From: an uncultured Chloroflexia bacterium
Lineage (GTDB): Bacteria > Chloroflexota > Anaerolineae > CG2-30-64-16
Assembly: GCA_963810095.1 (NCBI GenBank)
Contig: CAWEMM010000007.1
Coordinates: forward strand, 32,001 to 96,000
Direction: 5' to 3'
Length of the DNA stretch: 64,000 nucleotides
The notes beneath the pieces are model-generated. The model worked only from the letters and a program-made list of their open reading frames with translations. It was not told where the DNA came from and made no database searches. This document shows positions 30,799 through 41,307 of this stretch, in pieces (within the stretch, counting starts at the first letter, position 1; every line of letters begins with the position of its first letter). The position numbers were made by a program, and so were the translations under genes.

Positions 30799-31998
30799 CT
30801 ACACCACGCCCTCTGCCCGCAGGCGGGCCACGTCTGCCTCGGACCACCCAAGCTCGGCCAACACCTCATCCGTATGCTGGCCGAGCGTGGGCGGCGGTAG
30901 CCGGAAAGTCGCCGGCGTCTCGCTCAAGTGCATCGGATTGCCGATCGAATGCACCTCGCCCACGGTCGAGTGTTCTTGCGTCACGATCATCTCGCGCGCC
31001 AGGATTTGGGGATCGCGCAGCGCCTCATCGACCTCATTGATCGGCCCGCACGGGATGTCGGCGGCTTTCAGCCGCTCGATCCACTCGCCGGCGCTGCGCT
31101 GCAAGAAGATTTCTTCGATCATCGGGATCAGGATATGGCGGTTCCGCAGCCGGTCGGGATTGACGGTGAACCGGGCGTCTTGCCCCAGCGTGTCCGCGAC
31201 TTCCAGAGCCTCACAGAAGCGCTTCCAGAGGCGATCTGAGCCCACCGCGACCATCACGTACTTGTCCGCTGCCCGGAAGGGCTGGTAGGGCACGATCGTC
31301 GCGTGCGCGTTGCCCAGCTTCTTCGGCCGCTCGCCGGTCGCAAAGTATGCGCCCGCGACGTGTGTCAGCCAGGCGAGTTGGCTGTCGAGCAGCGAAACGT
31401 CGAGGAATTGGCCCCTGCCCGTCGTCTCACGGGCGAGCAGCGCGGCCAGGATGCCCATTGCCGCGTACATGCCGCAGGTCGCATCGGCCAGGGGGATGGG
31501 GTAGCGGATCGGGCCCGAGCCCGGCTCGCCGGTCAGGGTCATCAGCCCCGCCCGGCCCTGCGCGATGATGTCGTACCCGGCCTCGCCCGCCGCCGGCCCG
31601 GTCATGCCAAATCCGCTCACAGCGCAGTAGACGAGCCGCGGGTTGAGCGCGGCGAGGGTGTCCGGGTCGGCGCGCAGCCGGCGCAGCGAGTCCAGGCTGG
31701 GCTGATTGACGATGAACACGTCGGCCGTCTCGACCAGGCGGTGCAGGATCGCCTGCGCCTCGGGGTGCTTGAGGTTGAGCGTGATGCTGCGCTTGTTCCG
31801 GTTCACGCTCAGGAAATAGGCACTTTCCGACTGCACGTAGGGGGGGGCCCAGCCGCGGGTCATGTCGCCCGTTCCGGGCCGCTCGATCTTGATCACGTCC
31901 GCGCCGAAGTCGCCCAGGTACATGGTGCAGAATGGCCCGGCCAGGGCCTCGGTCATGTCCAGGACGCGCGCGTTGTTGAGGACGGAGGTGGCATTCAC
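30799..31998 (-). CDS. CaiB/BaiF (family III) CoA-transferase
   Basis: AGPFC..LGDFGADVIKIE, NRNKRSI, YD (catalytic Asp region) and PPTLGQHT. GTG at 31998 follows GGAGG. Confidence 0.93.
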   Translation of the reverse strand: MNATSVLNNARVLDMTEALAGPFCTMYLGDFGADVIKIERPGTGDMTRGWAPPYVQSESAYFLSVNRNKRSITLNLKHPEAQAILHRLVETADVFIVNQPSLDSLRRLRADPDTLAALNPRLVYCAVSGFGMTGPAAGEAGYDIIAQGRAGLMTLTGEPGSGPIRYPIPLADATCGMYAAMGILAALLARETTGRGQFLDVSLLDSQLAWLTHVAGAYFATGERPKKLGNAHATIVPYQPFRAADKYVMVAVGSDRLWKRFCEALEVADTLGQDARFTVNPDRLRNRHILIPMIEEIFLQRSAGEWIERLKAADIPCGPINEVDEALRDPQILAREMIVTQEHSTVGEVHSIGNPMHLSETPATFRLPPPTLGQHTDEVLAELGWSEADVARLRAEGVV

Positions 31999-32037
31999 GC
32001 AGTCAGACCTCCACGGGTTTGGTCGAGGCAACGGCTG

Positions 32038-32133
32038 GAATGGGACGCAGATTGAACTGATTCAACTGATTCGTCCGATTGTTCGGCGGTCGTCCTGCGA
32101 ACCGGTCCGATCAGTCAGGTCTGCGTCCTATTC
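32038..32133. repeat. MITE/REP-like palindromic element (GAAT...CTATTC family)
   Basis: GAATGGGACGCAGATT ... TCTGCGTCCTATTC; its end supplies the stop of the C-N hydrolase gene. Confidence 0.75.
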
Positions 32134-33010
32134 ACACGGCTCCGGGAGCTTGGCCGGGCGAAACCGGCTCTTTGCCGGGGTCAGGATATTCTGGTACGCC
32201 GCCAGGTTGCGCAGCTCCAGGTGGTCGAACACCATCGGGCTTTTCGAGCCGTAAGTGATGTACTTGATCGGGTCGGGGTTAAGCTCGGCGAAGATGATCT
32301 CCTCCGTGCCGCGGCCCTGGGCCAGGGTGTGTGCGATCGGATCGACGATCATGCTGTGCCCAAAGTAGTAATTGCCGCCGGCATCCGAACCGACCGCATT
32401 GCACCCCAAGATGTACACGTGATTGTCATAGGCGCGCGCCCGGTTGGTCAGCTCCCAGATCTCGTAAGAGCGCAGCAGCGCGCTCGGGGCGGGCAATGAC
32501 CTCGGCGCCCATGATGGCCTCGGCCCGATACAACTCGGGAAAGTCGCCGTCGAAACAGATGGTCATGCCGATTGAGGCCAGGGGGGTGTGGACCACCACC
32601 GGCTCGTGGCCCGGGCTCGACCACCCGCACGCTTCGGTCGGGAAGAGGTGGGTCTTGCGATACACGCCCAGGACGTCGCCGTCCGGCCCGAACAACGCGG
32701 CGGAGTTGTAGACGACCCCCCGCTCGGCCCCCCGCTCGTACGTGCCGGCTACCAGGTAGATGCCCAGCGCCTGGCTCACCTGCTGCAGGGGCGCGGTCAG
32801 CCGCCCGGGGATCGCGTCGACCCGATCCCACAGCTCGGCTTTGTCGATGCCGGGCACGAAGCCGGTCGTCAGCGTCTCGGGCAGCACCACCAACTGCGCG
32901 CCGCTCTCGTCCACGGCGCGCTTGGTCCAGGCGACCGCCTTATCGAGATTCGCCTGCACGTCCATGGGGATGCACGCGAATTGAGCACAAGCAGCAGTGA
33001 AGCGTTGCAC
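32128..33010 (-). CDS. Carbon-nitrogen hydrolase (nitrilase superfamily amidase), frameshift near 32495
   Basis: Triad LPE / YRKTHLF / ICFD in ORF 32426-33010. It continues as PSALLRS..RARAYDN..GHSMIVDP in ORF 32128-32496. Confidence 0.88.
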
Positions 33011-33050
33011 GTTCCCCCCGATAGATGCCCATATTGTCAGGCGGGCGCCT

Positions 33051-33136
33051 ACACGAAGAACACAAAGAACCCAAGGGGCACAAAGGGATGCGCCCGGAGA
33101 ACTTCGTGGACCCTGGTGTTCTTTGGTTCTTTGTGT
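33051..33136. repeat. REP-like element with CACAAAG arms
   Basis: ACACGAAGAACACAAAGAAC ... GTTCTTTGGTTCTTTGTGT. Confidence 0.65.
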
Positions 33137-33151
33137 GAGGCAGTACTCACA

Positions 33152-34030
33152 TTACCCGCGCGAGTTGCGCTCGATGTTCTCCACGTGCGACGGATCATAC
33201 GCGTCGCCAAACTTGGTCGTCTTGAGCGCGGCCTTCTTCGCCATCAGCGCATCGTACTCCGCATCTTCGACGAACGCAACACACCGCCCAATGCTGCTCT
33301 CGCCGTCGACAAAGCGCCAGGGGAAGAAGCCGACGGTCACCCGGCGGTTCAGCAGCAGGTCAATCTCGCCGCCGATGCACTCTGCGTGGATGATGTGATC
33401 CGGGAACATCTCGATGTGCATCAGCTGATACTTCGAGTCGTCGAAGCGCTCGGCAAGCGTCGTGCCGTACTTCTTCTGGAAGTGGGCATCGGCCTCTTTC
33501 GCCTGCCGGGGCATCCAGCTGCGGACGATCGTGTTCATCGGGTGATCCGCGCTGCCGCAGTCGACGCCGATCCACTTGATCCCCTTGCGCTTGGCCCACT
33601 CGCCGAACTCGCGATCGGGCCCGGGGTGCTGTACCATGTAGCGAATTTCGTCGGCGTAGGGCTGGTCCCAGCCGAAGTGGTGGTAACCGGTGTGGATCAG
33701 GAGGATGTCGCCCGAGCGGACTTCTACGCGCTCCTCGACCATCTGAGAGGTGTAGATGTCGTAGTTGCCGCACACGTCCGAAAGGTCGACGATGGCCGCG
33801 GGGCCGACCAGGAAGTCCATGTCGAGGCTGGCGATGTCTTTACCGGCGGTGAAGAAATGGATCTCGCCGTCCAGGTGGGTGCCCAGGTGGTTTGAGTGGG
33901 TGAGCAACTGCCCGTTCGCGCCGTTGGGCGCCAGCCGCTTGAAGTACTTGACCTGCAGCGGCTCATAGGTGGGCCAGGGAGGTGTGGCGATGCCGAGCGG
34001 GATCGTGAGGTCGATGAGCTTCATTGACAA
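33152..34030 (-). CDS. Cyclase family metal-dependent amidohydrolase (kynurenine formamidase-like)
   Basis: HLGTHLD metal motif, DILLIHTG, PG and IGVD..SADHP. Confidence 0.92.
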   Translation of the reverse strand: MSMKLIDLTIPLGIATPPWPTYEPLQVKYFKRLAPNGANGQLLTHSNHLGTHLDGEIHFFTAGKDIASLDMDFLVGPAAIVDLSDVCGNYDIYTSQMVEERVEVRSGDILLIHTGYHHFGWDQPYADEIRYMVQHPGPDREFGEWAKRKGIKWIGVDCGSADHPMNTIVRSWMPRQAKEADAHFQKKYGTTLAERFDDSKYQLMHIEMFPDHIIHAECIGGEIDLLLNRRVTVGFFPWRFVDGESSIGRCVAFVEDAEYDALMAKKAALKTTKFGDAYDPSHVENIERNSRG

Positions 34031-34051
34031 ATGCCTCCTATGTGATAGAGG

Positions 34052-34090
34052 TGTGGGGGCAGCGCCGCCGAAGGCGGCGCTGCCCCCACA
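34052..34090. terminator. 18-bp perfect hairpin between the LysM-CAP and cyclase genes
   Basis: TGTGGGGGCAGCGCCGCC-GAA-GGCGGCGCTGCCCCCACA. Confidence 0.5.
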
Positions 34091-34099
34091 GACATTCTG

Positions 34100-35266
34100 T
34101 TAGCGGCTGCCAAAGTCTGCGATGAAGTAGTACCCCCAGGCGCCTTTGGCCACGCCCACGCCGATCTCCGTGGCGCGGCCGGCCATGATATTCTGCACGT
34201 GCGGGTCGTTGCCCGGCGGCTCGTTCCACCACATCTCCATAGCACGAGCGACGCTGCGGGCGTTGGCCCAGTTTTCGCCCTGCCAATTATAGGCGTAGCC
34301 GGCGCGTTGCAGCCGGGACGGCAGGCGTGCGCCGTCCGAGCCGACGTGGCTGCCGCGGTTGCGGTTCGCGCAATCCTCCGCGTGCCCCTGCGCCGCCAGG
34401 GCGAGTTGGTCGTTCCAGACCAGGGCCGGCAGACCGCCCGCCACCCGCTTCTCGTTGATGCGGTTGACCATCTCCTGGGCCCACGGCGCCAACTCGGGCG
34501 CAAGCCCTTGCGTGGCGGGGAGGGGGGCCGGCGGCGGAGCCGCTGCGGGTGGAGCGGATGCGGCTGCGGCCGGCGCGTCGAGGCGCGCCGAAAGCACCTG
34601 CTGGGTGATGCCGGGGATGGTGAGCTGTTGGCCGGCCATCAAGCGTCGGGGATCCACCCCGGGATTGGCGGCGAGCAGCTCGCCTAATGACAGGCCGTAA
34701 TTAGCGGCGATGTCCCACAAGGTGTCTCGGCTCGCACGGTGTAGGTCGGCGTGGGTGGGCTCGGTCGCGGCGGCAGTCGTAGCCTTCGCGTAGATCCCAG
34801 GGATCAGCAGGATCTGCCCCGCCATCAGCCGTTGCGGATCCACGCCGGGATTGGCTGCGAGCAGATCGTTGACGAATACTCCGTACTTGGTGGCGATGTT
34901 CCAAAGGGTGTCGTTGGGCTTGACGGTGTAAATGGCGCCGGATGCGGCGGCCGCGCCGGCCGTGCCGGCGCCGGAGACGGGGGGCGTCTTCGAGGGGATC
35001 GTTAACGTCTGTCCGGGGCGGAGGGCGTCCGGGGTGACGTCCGGGTTGGCGGCTGTCAACTGTGCTACCGTGATGTCGAACCGGGTGGCGATATCCCAGA
35101 GCGTGTCGTTCGCGCGCACGACGTACTTGCCGTTGGGCGGCGGAGGCGCGGCGAACTGACCTTCCGCATGGGCGGCCGGGGCCAGTAGTGACATGATCAG
35201 GGGAACCAGCACGAGGAACAGCCAGGAGAACCGGTTGTTTTGTATGTGCATGGAGCCACTATACAT
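34100..35266 (-). CDS. Secreted protein with three LysM domains and a C-terminal CAP/SCP domain
   Basis: Signal peptide; three DTLW.IA..AANP repeats; NRINEKR, H..D, H.GSDG, GEN and H..NI. Confidence 0.92.
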   Translation of the reverse strand: MYSGSMHIQNNRFSWLFLVLVPLIMSLLAPAAHAEGQFAAPPPPNGKYVVRANDTLWDIATRFDITVAQLTAANPDVTPDALRPGQTLTIPSKTPPVSGAGTAGAAAASGAIYTVKPNDTLWNIATKYGVFVNDLLAANPGVDPQRLMAGQILLIPGIYAKATTAAATEPTHADLHRASRDTLWDIAANYGLSLGELLAANPGVDPRRLMAGQQLTIPGITQQVLSARLDAPAAAASAPPAAAPPPAPLPATQGLAPELAPWAQEMVNRINEKRVAGGLPALVWNDQLALAAQGHAEDCANRNRGSHVGSDGARLPSRLQRAGYAYNWQGENWANARSVARAMEMWWNEPPGNDPHVQNIMAGRATEIGVGVAKGAWGYYFIADFGSR

Positions 35267-35355
35267 GGCCTGAGTGAGTTGTGCAAGTGAACGGGAACGC
35301 GTTTCTTCAATAATCGCTTGTCATAGATTTGTAATATGATTGCTCCTGTTTCGTG

Positions 35356-35384
35356 TTGACACGCCAAAAAACGTCGCTTATAAT
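35356..35384 (+). promoter_or_regulatory. Consensus sigma70 promoter for the caspase-TIR locus
   Basis: TTGACA (35356-35361), 17-bp spacer, TATAAT (35379-35384). Confidence 0.85.
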
Positions 35385-35441
35385 GTTTGCGTCGTGCCGA
35401 CCGATGTGCTCCTATGTGAAGGCAGGTGTGCTGTGCCGTCC

Positions 35442-36686
35442 ATGAGTAATGCCCACGCGCTGATTGTCGGGATTGCCGGATATCCAAACGTTGCTCCACT
35501 GCCCGACACCGTGTTGGCCGACGCCAACGACGTGGCCGACGTTCTCACCGACCCCAATCTCTGCGCCTATCCGCTCAACCAGGCCTGCCTCCTGCTCGAC
35601 GGCGAGGCGACGCTGCCGAGGCTGCGTTCCGAGTTGGCGAACCTCGCGCAGCGAGCCAATAACGATTCCACCGTCTTCATCTATATCTCGGGCCACGGCG
35701 GCCGTATCGATTCCGGGCCGGCGAAAGGGGAGTACCTGCTGCCCTACGACGTATCGCTCGACCCCGGGGTTGTGCCCCCGCAGATTCGCGCCGAGACGGC
35801 CATGTCGGGCGCCGAGTTCGCCGAAGCGATGGCCAAGATACCCGCCCGCAAGCTGCTTGTGGTCTTCGATTGCTGCCATGCGGGCGGGCTGGGCGCGACG
35901 AAGGATGCGACCGGTCCCGCGCTCAAGGCCGGCCTCTCTGAGGACTACTACGGCCGTTTGGCCGAGGGTCGGGGCCGCGTCATCCTCGCCTCGTGCCGGG
36001 GCAACGAGTTCTCTTACGTGCTGCCCGGCGCCCCCAACAGCCTGTTTACGTCGCACCTGCTGAGCGGCCTGCGGGGGAATGCGCCGTCACCGGCCGGCAT
36101 GATTCGCATCTTCGACCTCTTCGGCTACCTCCAGCCGAAGGTCGTGGGCGACCAGGCCTCGCAGCACCCCATCTTCAAGGCGGAGATCGAGGACAACTTC
36201 CCGGTCGCGCTGTCGGTGGGCGGCAAGGGCGTGCAGCTGCCGCCGCCGGCCCCGCCCGCGGGCGACGGCTTCGCCTACGATGTCTTCCTCAGCTACCGCG
36301 ACCAGGACCCGGACAAGACCTGGGCTCGCAAAACGCTGCTGCCGCGGCTGGAGCAGGACGGCCTGAAGGTGATCGAGCAACGCCGCTTCCGGCTGGGCGC
36401 GCCGATCGTCAAGGAGATGGAGCGGGCAGTGGTGCAGAGCCGTTACACGCTCTCCGTACTCTCGCCGGCCTATATTGACGGGAACTTCACCGATCTTGAC
36501 TCCGTCCTTGCCGAACATCTGGGGCTTGAGAACAGCCAGCGCCGCCTCGTGGCCGTGATGCGGGAGAACTGCAAACCGCGGCTTGGGATGCGTGCGCGCA
36601 TGTGGCTGGACATGACCGAGGATACCGAGTTCGACGACAACCTGGAGCGATTAGTCTACGAGCTGAAGCAGCCGCCAGTTATGTGA
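35442..36686 (+). CDS. Caspase-like peptidase C14 fused to a C-terminal TIR domain
   Basis: ALIVGI..Y, SGHG and FDCCHAG dyad, SLFT..L; then YDVFLSY, F.LG and LSPAY. The ATG at 35442 lies downstream of the promoter. Confidence 0.92.
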   Translation: MSNAHALIVGIAGYPNVAPLPDTVLADANDVADVLTDPNLCAYPLNQACLLLDGEATLPRLRSELANLAQRANNDSTVFIYISGHGGRIDSGPAKGEYLLPYDVSLDPGVVPPQIRAETAMSGAEFAEAMAKIPARKLLVVFDCCHAGGLGATKDATGPALKAGLSEDYYGRLAEGRGRVILASCRGNEFSYVLPGAPNSLFTSHLLSGLRGNAPSPAGMIRIFDLFGYLQPKVVGDQASQHPIFKAEIEDNFPVALSVGGKGVQLPPPAPPAGDGFAYDVFLSYRDQDPDKTWARKTLLPRLEQDGLKVIEQRRFRLGAPIVKEMERAVVQSRYTLSVLSPAYIDGNFTDLDSVLAEHLGLENSQRRLVAVMRENCKPRLGMRARMWLDMTEDTEFDDNLERLVYELKQPPVM

Positions 36687-36709
36687 AAGGTCGGGTGTGG
36701 GCCAGCAGT

Positions 36710-39700
36710 ATGCCCGACGAACCAACCTACTCGCTGTTCATCATCCATGCGCCGGAAGATGAGGCGTGGGTGCAGTCCTACCTGATCCCGGCCGTGGGAC
36801 TGCCCGCCGAACGCCTCATTCTGTCCTCTCGCTTCCGACTGGGCGCGTCGCGGGCGGAAGAGCTGCAGCGGGCCGTGGAAAACAGCCGCTTCACCCTCCT
36901 CATCCTGACCCCGGAGTTCTTCGAGGATCCCTGGGCCCGCAAGGCCGAGGAACTGGCCGACTACCTTGCCACGCTCGACCAGATGGATCGCATGATCCCT
37001 CTGAACCTCAAGCCGTCCAAGAAGTCGCTGCGGATTGCTCTGCGAGTGGGCCTCGATTGCACGAACCCTGACAACTGGGACGGCGAGGTCGAGCGGCTGC
37101 GCGACCAGTTCGAGCCGGGCGTTGCACAGCCCGCGGAAGAGCCGGACCTTCCGCCGCCCTACCCCGGAATGCGCCCGTTTGAAAAGGACGACGCCAGGTA
37201 CTTCTACGGCCGGACCGCCGAGATCAAGCTCATGCTCGAGACCCTGCGCTGGCAGAAATTCGTGCTGGTGATCGGCGCGTCTGGCTCGGGCAAATCTTCC
37301 CTGATCCGCGCCGGGCTGCTGCCCAAGCTGGCGGACGCGCCGGAGTTCCGGGAGCAGCGCTGGCTGGTGCCCGATCCCATTCGCCCGGGAACGGCGCCGC
37401 TGCAGAGCCTGGCTGCGGGGCTCGGGATCACTTTCCCGCCACCGAATGAGCCGCGCGATGCTGGGGCAGCGACCGGGCCGGCTGCGGAGCTCGGCAAGGC
37501 GGAGCTGGAGGCGATTGACCTGGGCGTCGACGCCCTGCTCAAAAGCCGGGAGCGGGCCACCTGCTGTTCACGGTCGACCAGTTTGAAGAGGTGTTCACCC
37601 AGGGCGATCGAGCCGAGCAGAAACGGTTTATCCAGGCGCTCAAGCGGCTGCGCCAGCACAGGGCGGCCGCGGTGGTCGTCGCAATGCGGGCCGACTTCTA
37701 TGACGACTTGCTGCAGAGCGACCTGTCGCCGATCGAGCCGGGCCAGCGCTTCGACCTGGGACCACTGAAGGGGGCCGGGCTGCAAGAAGCGATCGTAGAG
37801 CCGGCGAAAGCCAAGGGTGTCTTTCTCGACCAGGCGCTGCTGCAAAAGCTGATCGCCGATGCCAGCGACGCGCCCGGTGCGCTGCCCCTGCTGCAAGAGA
37901 CGATGCGAGCGCTGTGGTACCGCCGGCGCCGCAATTTCCTGCCCTACAGTGCTTACGAGGAGTTCGCCGGATCGGGCAACTCCCTGGTGGTTGCGATCGC
38001 GAACAAGGCCGAAGCGACGCTGGCCGACTTCCCCGAGCCGAAGGACGCGCACGTGGCGATCGCTCGCCGCGTGTTCCTGCGCCTCGTGCAGTTCGGCGAG
38101 GGCCGGGCCGATACCCGCCGGCAGCAACCCGAGCCCGCGTTGCAGGCGGTGGAGGACGGCGCAGGCTTCTTCAAGCCGACGCTCGCCCACCTGGTCGACA
38201 GCCGCCTGATCGCCCTGAGCCGGGATGAGGCCACGGGCGATCAGCAGAGAATCGACATCGCGGACGAGGCGCTCTTCTCGGGCTGGCCAACGCTGAAGGA
38301 ATGGATCGGGCAGTACCGCGAGCATGAGGTGCTGCGCCGCAAGCTCGACGGCCGAGCTGCCGACTGGAGCGCAAACGCGCGCTCCAGCCAGCAACTGCTG
38401 AACCGGGTCGAACTCGGCCAGTTCGACGAATGGCGAAAGAAGGACGCGGGCAAAGCAAGTGCCGTCGGCCACAGCTCCGACCTTGACGCGCTGGTTGCGG
38501 CGAGCCGGCGCCAACTGCGCCGGGCCCTCATCTTCCGCATCGCGACGACCGCGGCGCTGGTGCTGCTCATCCTGCTGGCGATCTTCATTTGGAGCGACGG
38601 GCGCCAAAGAGCGGCCGCCACCGAGGTCGCCGCACAGCGTGAGATCGTCGTGGCCAAGGAGGCCGGGTTGGCTACCGCGCAGGCCGGCGAGCGGGCTGCC
38701 GTCGACGCGCAGGCTACGGCCGAAGCCAACCGCAACCAGGCCGTGGCGGCCCGGCAGACCGCCGAGGCCAACCGGCTGCAGGCCCTCCGCAACGAGTCGG
38801 GCGCATGGGCCGAGCTCGCCAGCCAGAACCTGCAGACGGATCCGGTGGCGAGCCTGTGGTGGAGCAGCCGGGCACTGCCCTCCCCGGCCCACCCGCGGCC
38901 CGCCGTGCCGAGCGCGGAGTACCAACTGCGTCTCGCCCTGCAAGAGAGCCTGGAGCAGACGTACGCCGACCTCCACGGGCCGCGGGTCGACGCAAACGGA
39001 CCCCTCATTGCAGTAGGCGGCAGCAGCTTGAGCCTGTGGCCCCGCGATCTGAGTCCTGCAGTCAAGCGGCTGCCCGGCGCGGTCGACGACCTTGGCTGGC
39101 ACACGGACGGCTCGCTCTTCACTTACACCGGGAATGCCCTCACGGTGTGGCGTAACGACGTGGCCTACCGCCACGACCTCGCGGACACGATCGGAGGCGC
39201 AGTCTGGCGGCCCGCCCGACCCGAACTCGCCGTATTGAGCGGCCAAACCCTTTCCTTGTGGCCGTACGTGTCCGGCGAACCCCTGGCGCTCGAGGTGTTC
39301 AGCGACACGCTCGACATCCGTAAACCCTACTTACCCCTCGCCTGGTCACCGACCGGCGACGCGCTTGCCGCATGGGACCAAGGCGGCGCACTCCTCATGT
39401 ATGGCGCGAACCTGCCCGAGGGCGCGATCACGACCACGTTGACCTTGCCCGGCCCTGTCGAGGGTGCAGCCTGGTCGCCTGACGGCAAGACGCTGGTGGC
39501 CTTGCTGCGAAGCGGCGACGCCTTGGCGCTGTCGGGCAACATGAGCCTGAAGGCAGCCCGCCGTTTCTCGCCGTCCACCGCCAGCGACGCCAGCGGGGCT
39601 TTCGGCGGCGTCATCTTCGTCGACGCCGGCCATTTCCTCACCTGGGGCCGCAACACTGCACCGAAGCTCTGGGCGCTCGACGACCTTGCCGCGCCGAAGG

Positions 39701-41220
39701 CAACCTATCCCCTAAACCTCGGCGCAGTCTCGGGGATCGACCTGGCGCCCGATCGAGCGCGTTTTGCCGTTTTCGGGGAGAACGGCGACGTCGACCTCTT
39801 TAGCGTGGACGGAACACAGCAGTGGACCCTGCGGGGGCACAGCCGTTCGGTGGTGCAGGCGGCCTGGAACGGCGATCTGCTGGCGACCGGGGGTTCGGAC
39901 GGCATGGTGCGCGTGTGGGATTTGGCCGAGTCGGCCACGCCGCCGCCGGTTGCGGAACTCGCGGCCGCCGCGCCGGGCGCGAGTCTGGGCCAGTCGTACG
40001 TGAACGCGCTCGAATGGCGGCCGGGAGGGCGCCTGTTGGGCACAGCCGAGGACGGTTCCGCCCGCATCTGGCAGGTGCTCGACGGCGACGGCCGTCCGGT
40101 GTGCAGCGGCGGCTGGACGACCGGGCCCACGAAGACGGTCTGCGCGGCAGACAGCCGGGCGCTGCGCGGCCACCAGGACCGGCTCGATGTACTGCGGTGG
40201 TCGAACGAGCAGACCTTGCTCAGCACCGATGTCACCGGGGCCGCCCGCAGGTGGGACCTGCAAACGGGCGAGACATTCCTGGTTTCGGGCACGCCCGACG
40301 TCGAGCGGCGCGCGCTGTGGAGTCCAGACGGGTCGATGGCGTTCGCGTACGATGCACCGGGTGGACCGAATGGCCCCGGCGACGGCGTCATCACCGATGT
40401 GCGAACCGGCGCTCGGCAGGCAACGGTCAAAGGACCGGTGCTGTGGGCCCACTGGTCGGACCTGGGCTTGCTCGTCGCCCGTGAAGGGACGGACCTGGTT
40501 CGCATCGACCCGACCACGGGAGAAGACGGAGACAGATATACCGGAGCGCCGGCGGGCGACCAGATCACCGATGCCGCCGTCAGTGGATCGCAGTTGGCCG
40601 TTGCGGACAAGGGCGGCGCGATCCACGTGTGGACCGCCCCCGGCGCCGCGCCCTCTGTGCTACAACAAGATGAGGCCGGACCCGTCGGGCGGCTGGCATG
40701 GTCGCCGGACGGCAAGCGCCTGCTGGGCGCGGGCACGCACGTCGTTCTGTGGGACGTAGCCGGCCGGGAGGAGGTATGGAAGACGTTTGAGAGCGGGCTT
40801 GGCTCGTGCCGCCCCGCATTCAGCCCGGATGTGAAGCTCATCGCGGGCTGCATCGACGCGCAGACCTACGTCTGGCAGGCGGACAAGGGGACGACGCTCT
40901 GGTCCGCGTGGACGGGCAATGGGGACGGGAAAGGCGTGACCTGGCGCACTGCCCCGACCTTCGACGGCGCCGGGTCACGGCAGATCCTGCTCTCGTCGGC
41001 AGGCAACCTGGCCCAGTTGTGGGATTGGGACGCCCGCGCGTTGATCGGTGAGTACCGCCAGGCGCCTGAGCTTAACCTTGCTACTATCAGCCCGGATGGC
41101 AAGTGGCTGGCGACGACGAACGATGTTGGGGAGATCCGGCTCTGGAATCTCTCGTTGGGCGATCCGCAATCGCTGCTCCACTCTGCTGCGGGCCGCATTA
41201 CGCGCACCTTTGAGAAGTGA
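36710..41220 (+). CDS. TIR - nSTAND1-type NTPase - TM - WD40 repeat protein, frameshift near 37550
   Basis: N-terminal TIR-like domain (LFIIHA.ED..WV, SRFTLLILTP). PYPGMRPF, YFYGR, Walker A GASGSGKSS, Walker B VDQFEE, MRADF and PGALPLL. TM at about 38525-38593, then many WSPDG/WD repeats. Confidence 0.9.
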
Positions 41221-41307
41221 GGTCCCGGTTTTGAAATGCTGCCCTCGCCTCTGCACCGGAAACCGAGATGCGATCCTTCGAGAAGTAGTCACGGGTGGGA
41301 GGACAGT

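Noticed and set aside
811-34000. Long + strand ORFs (e.g. 811-2148, 2555-3679, 22042-24351, 27620-28816)
   Set aside because: These are antisense shadows of well-supported - strand genes in high-GC DNA.
34725-34765. Odd THADLHRASR segment at the start of the third LysM domain
   Set aside because: Another frame reads PTPTYTVRA, the expected LysM start, so this is probably a pair of compensating indel errors.
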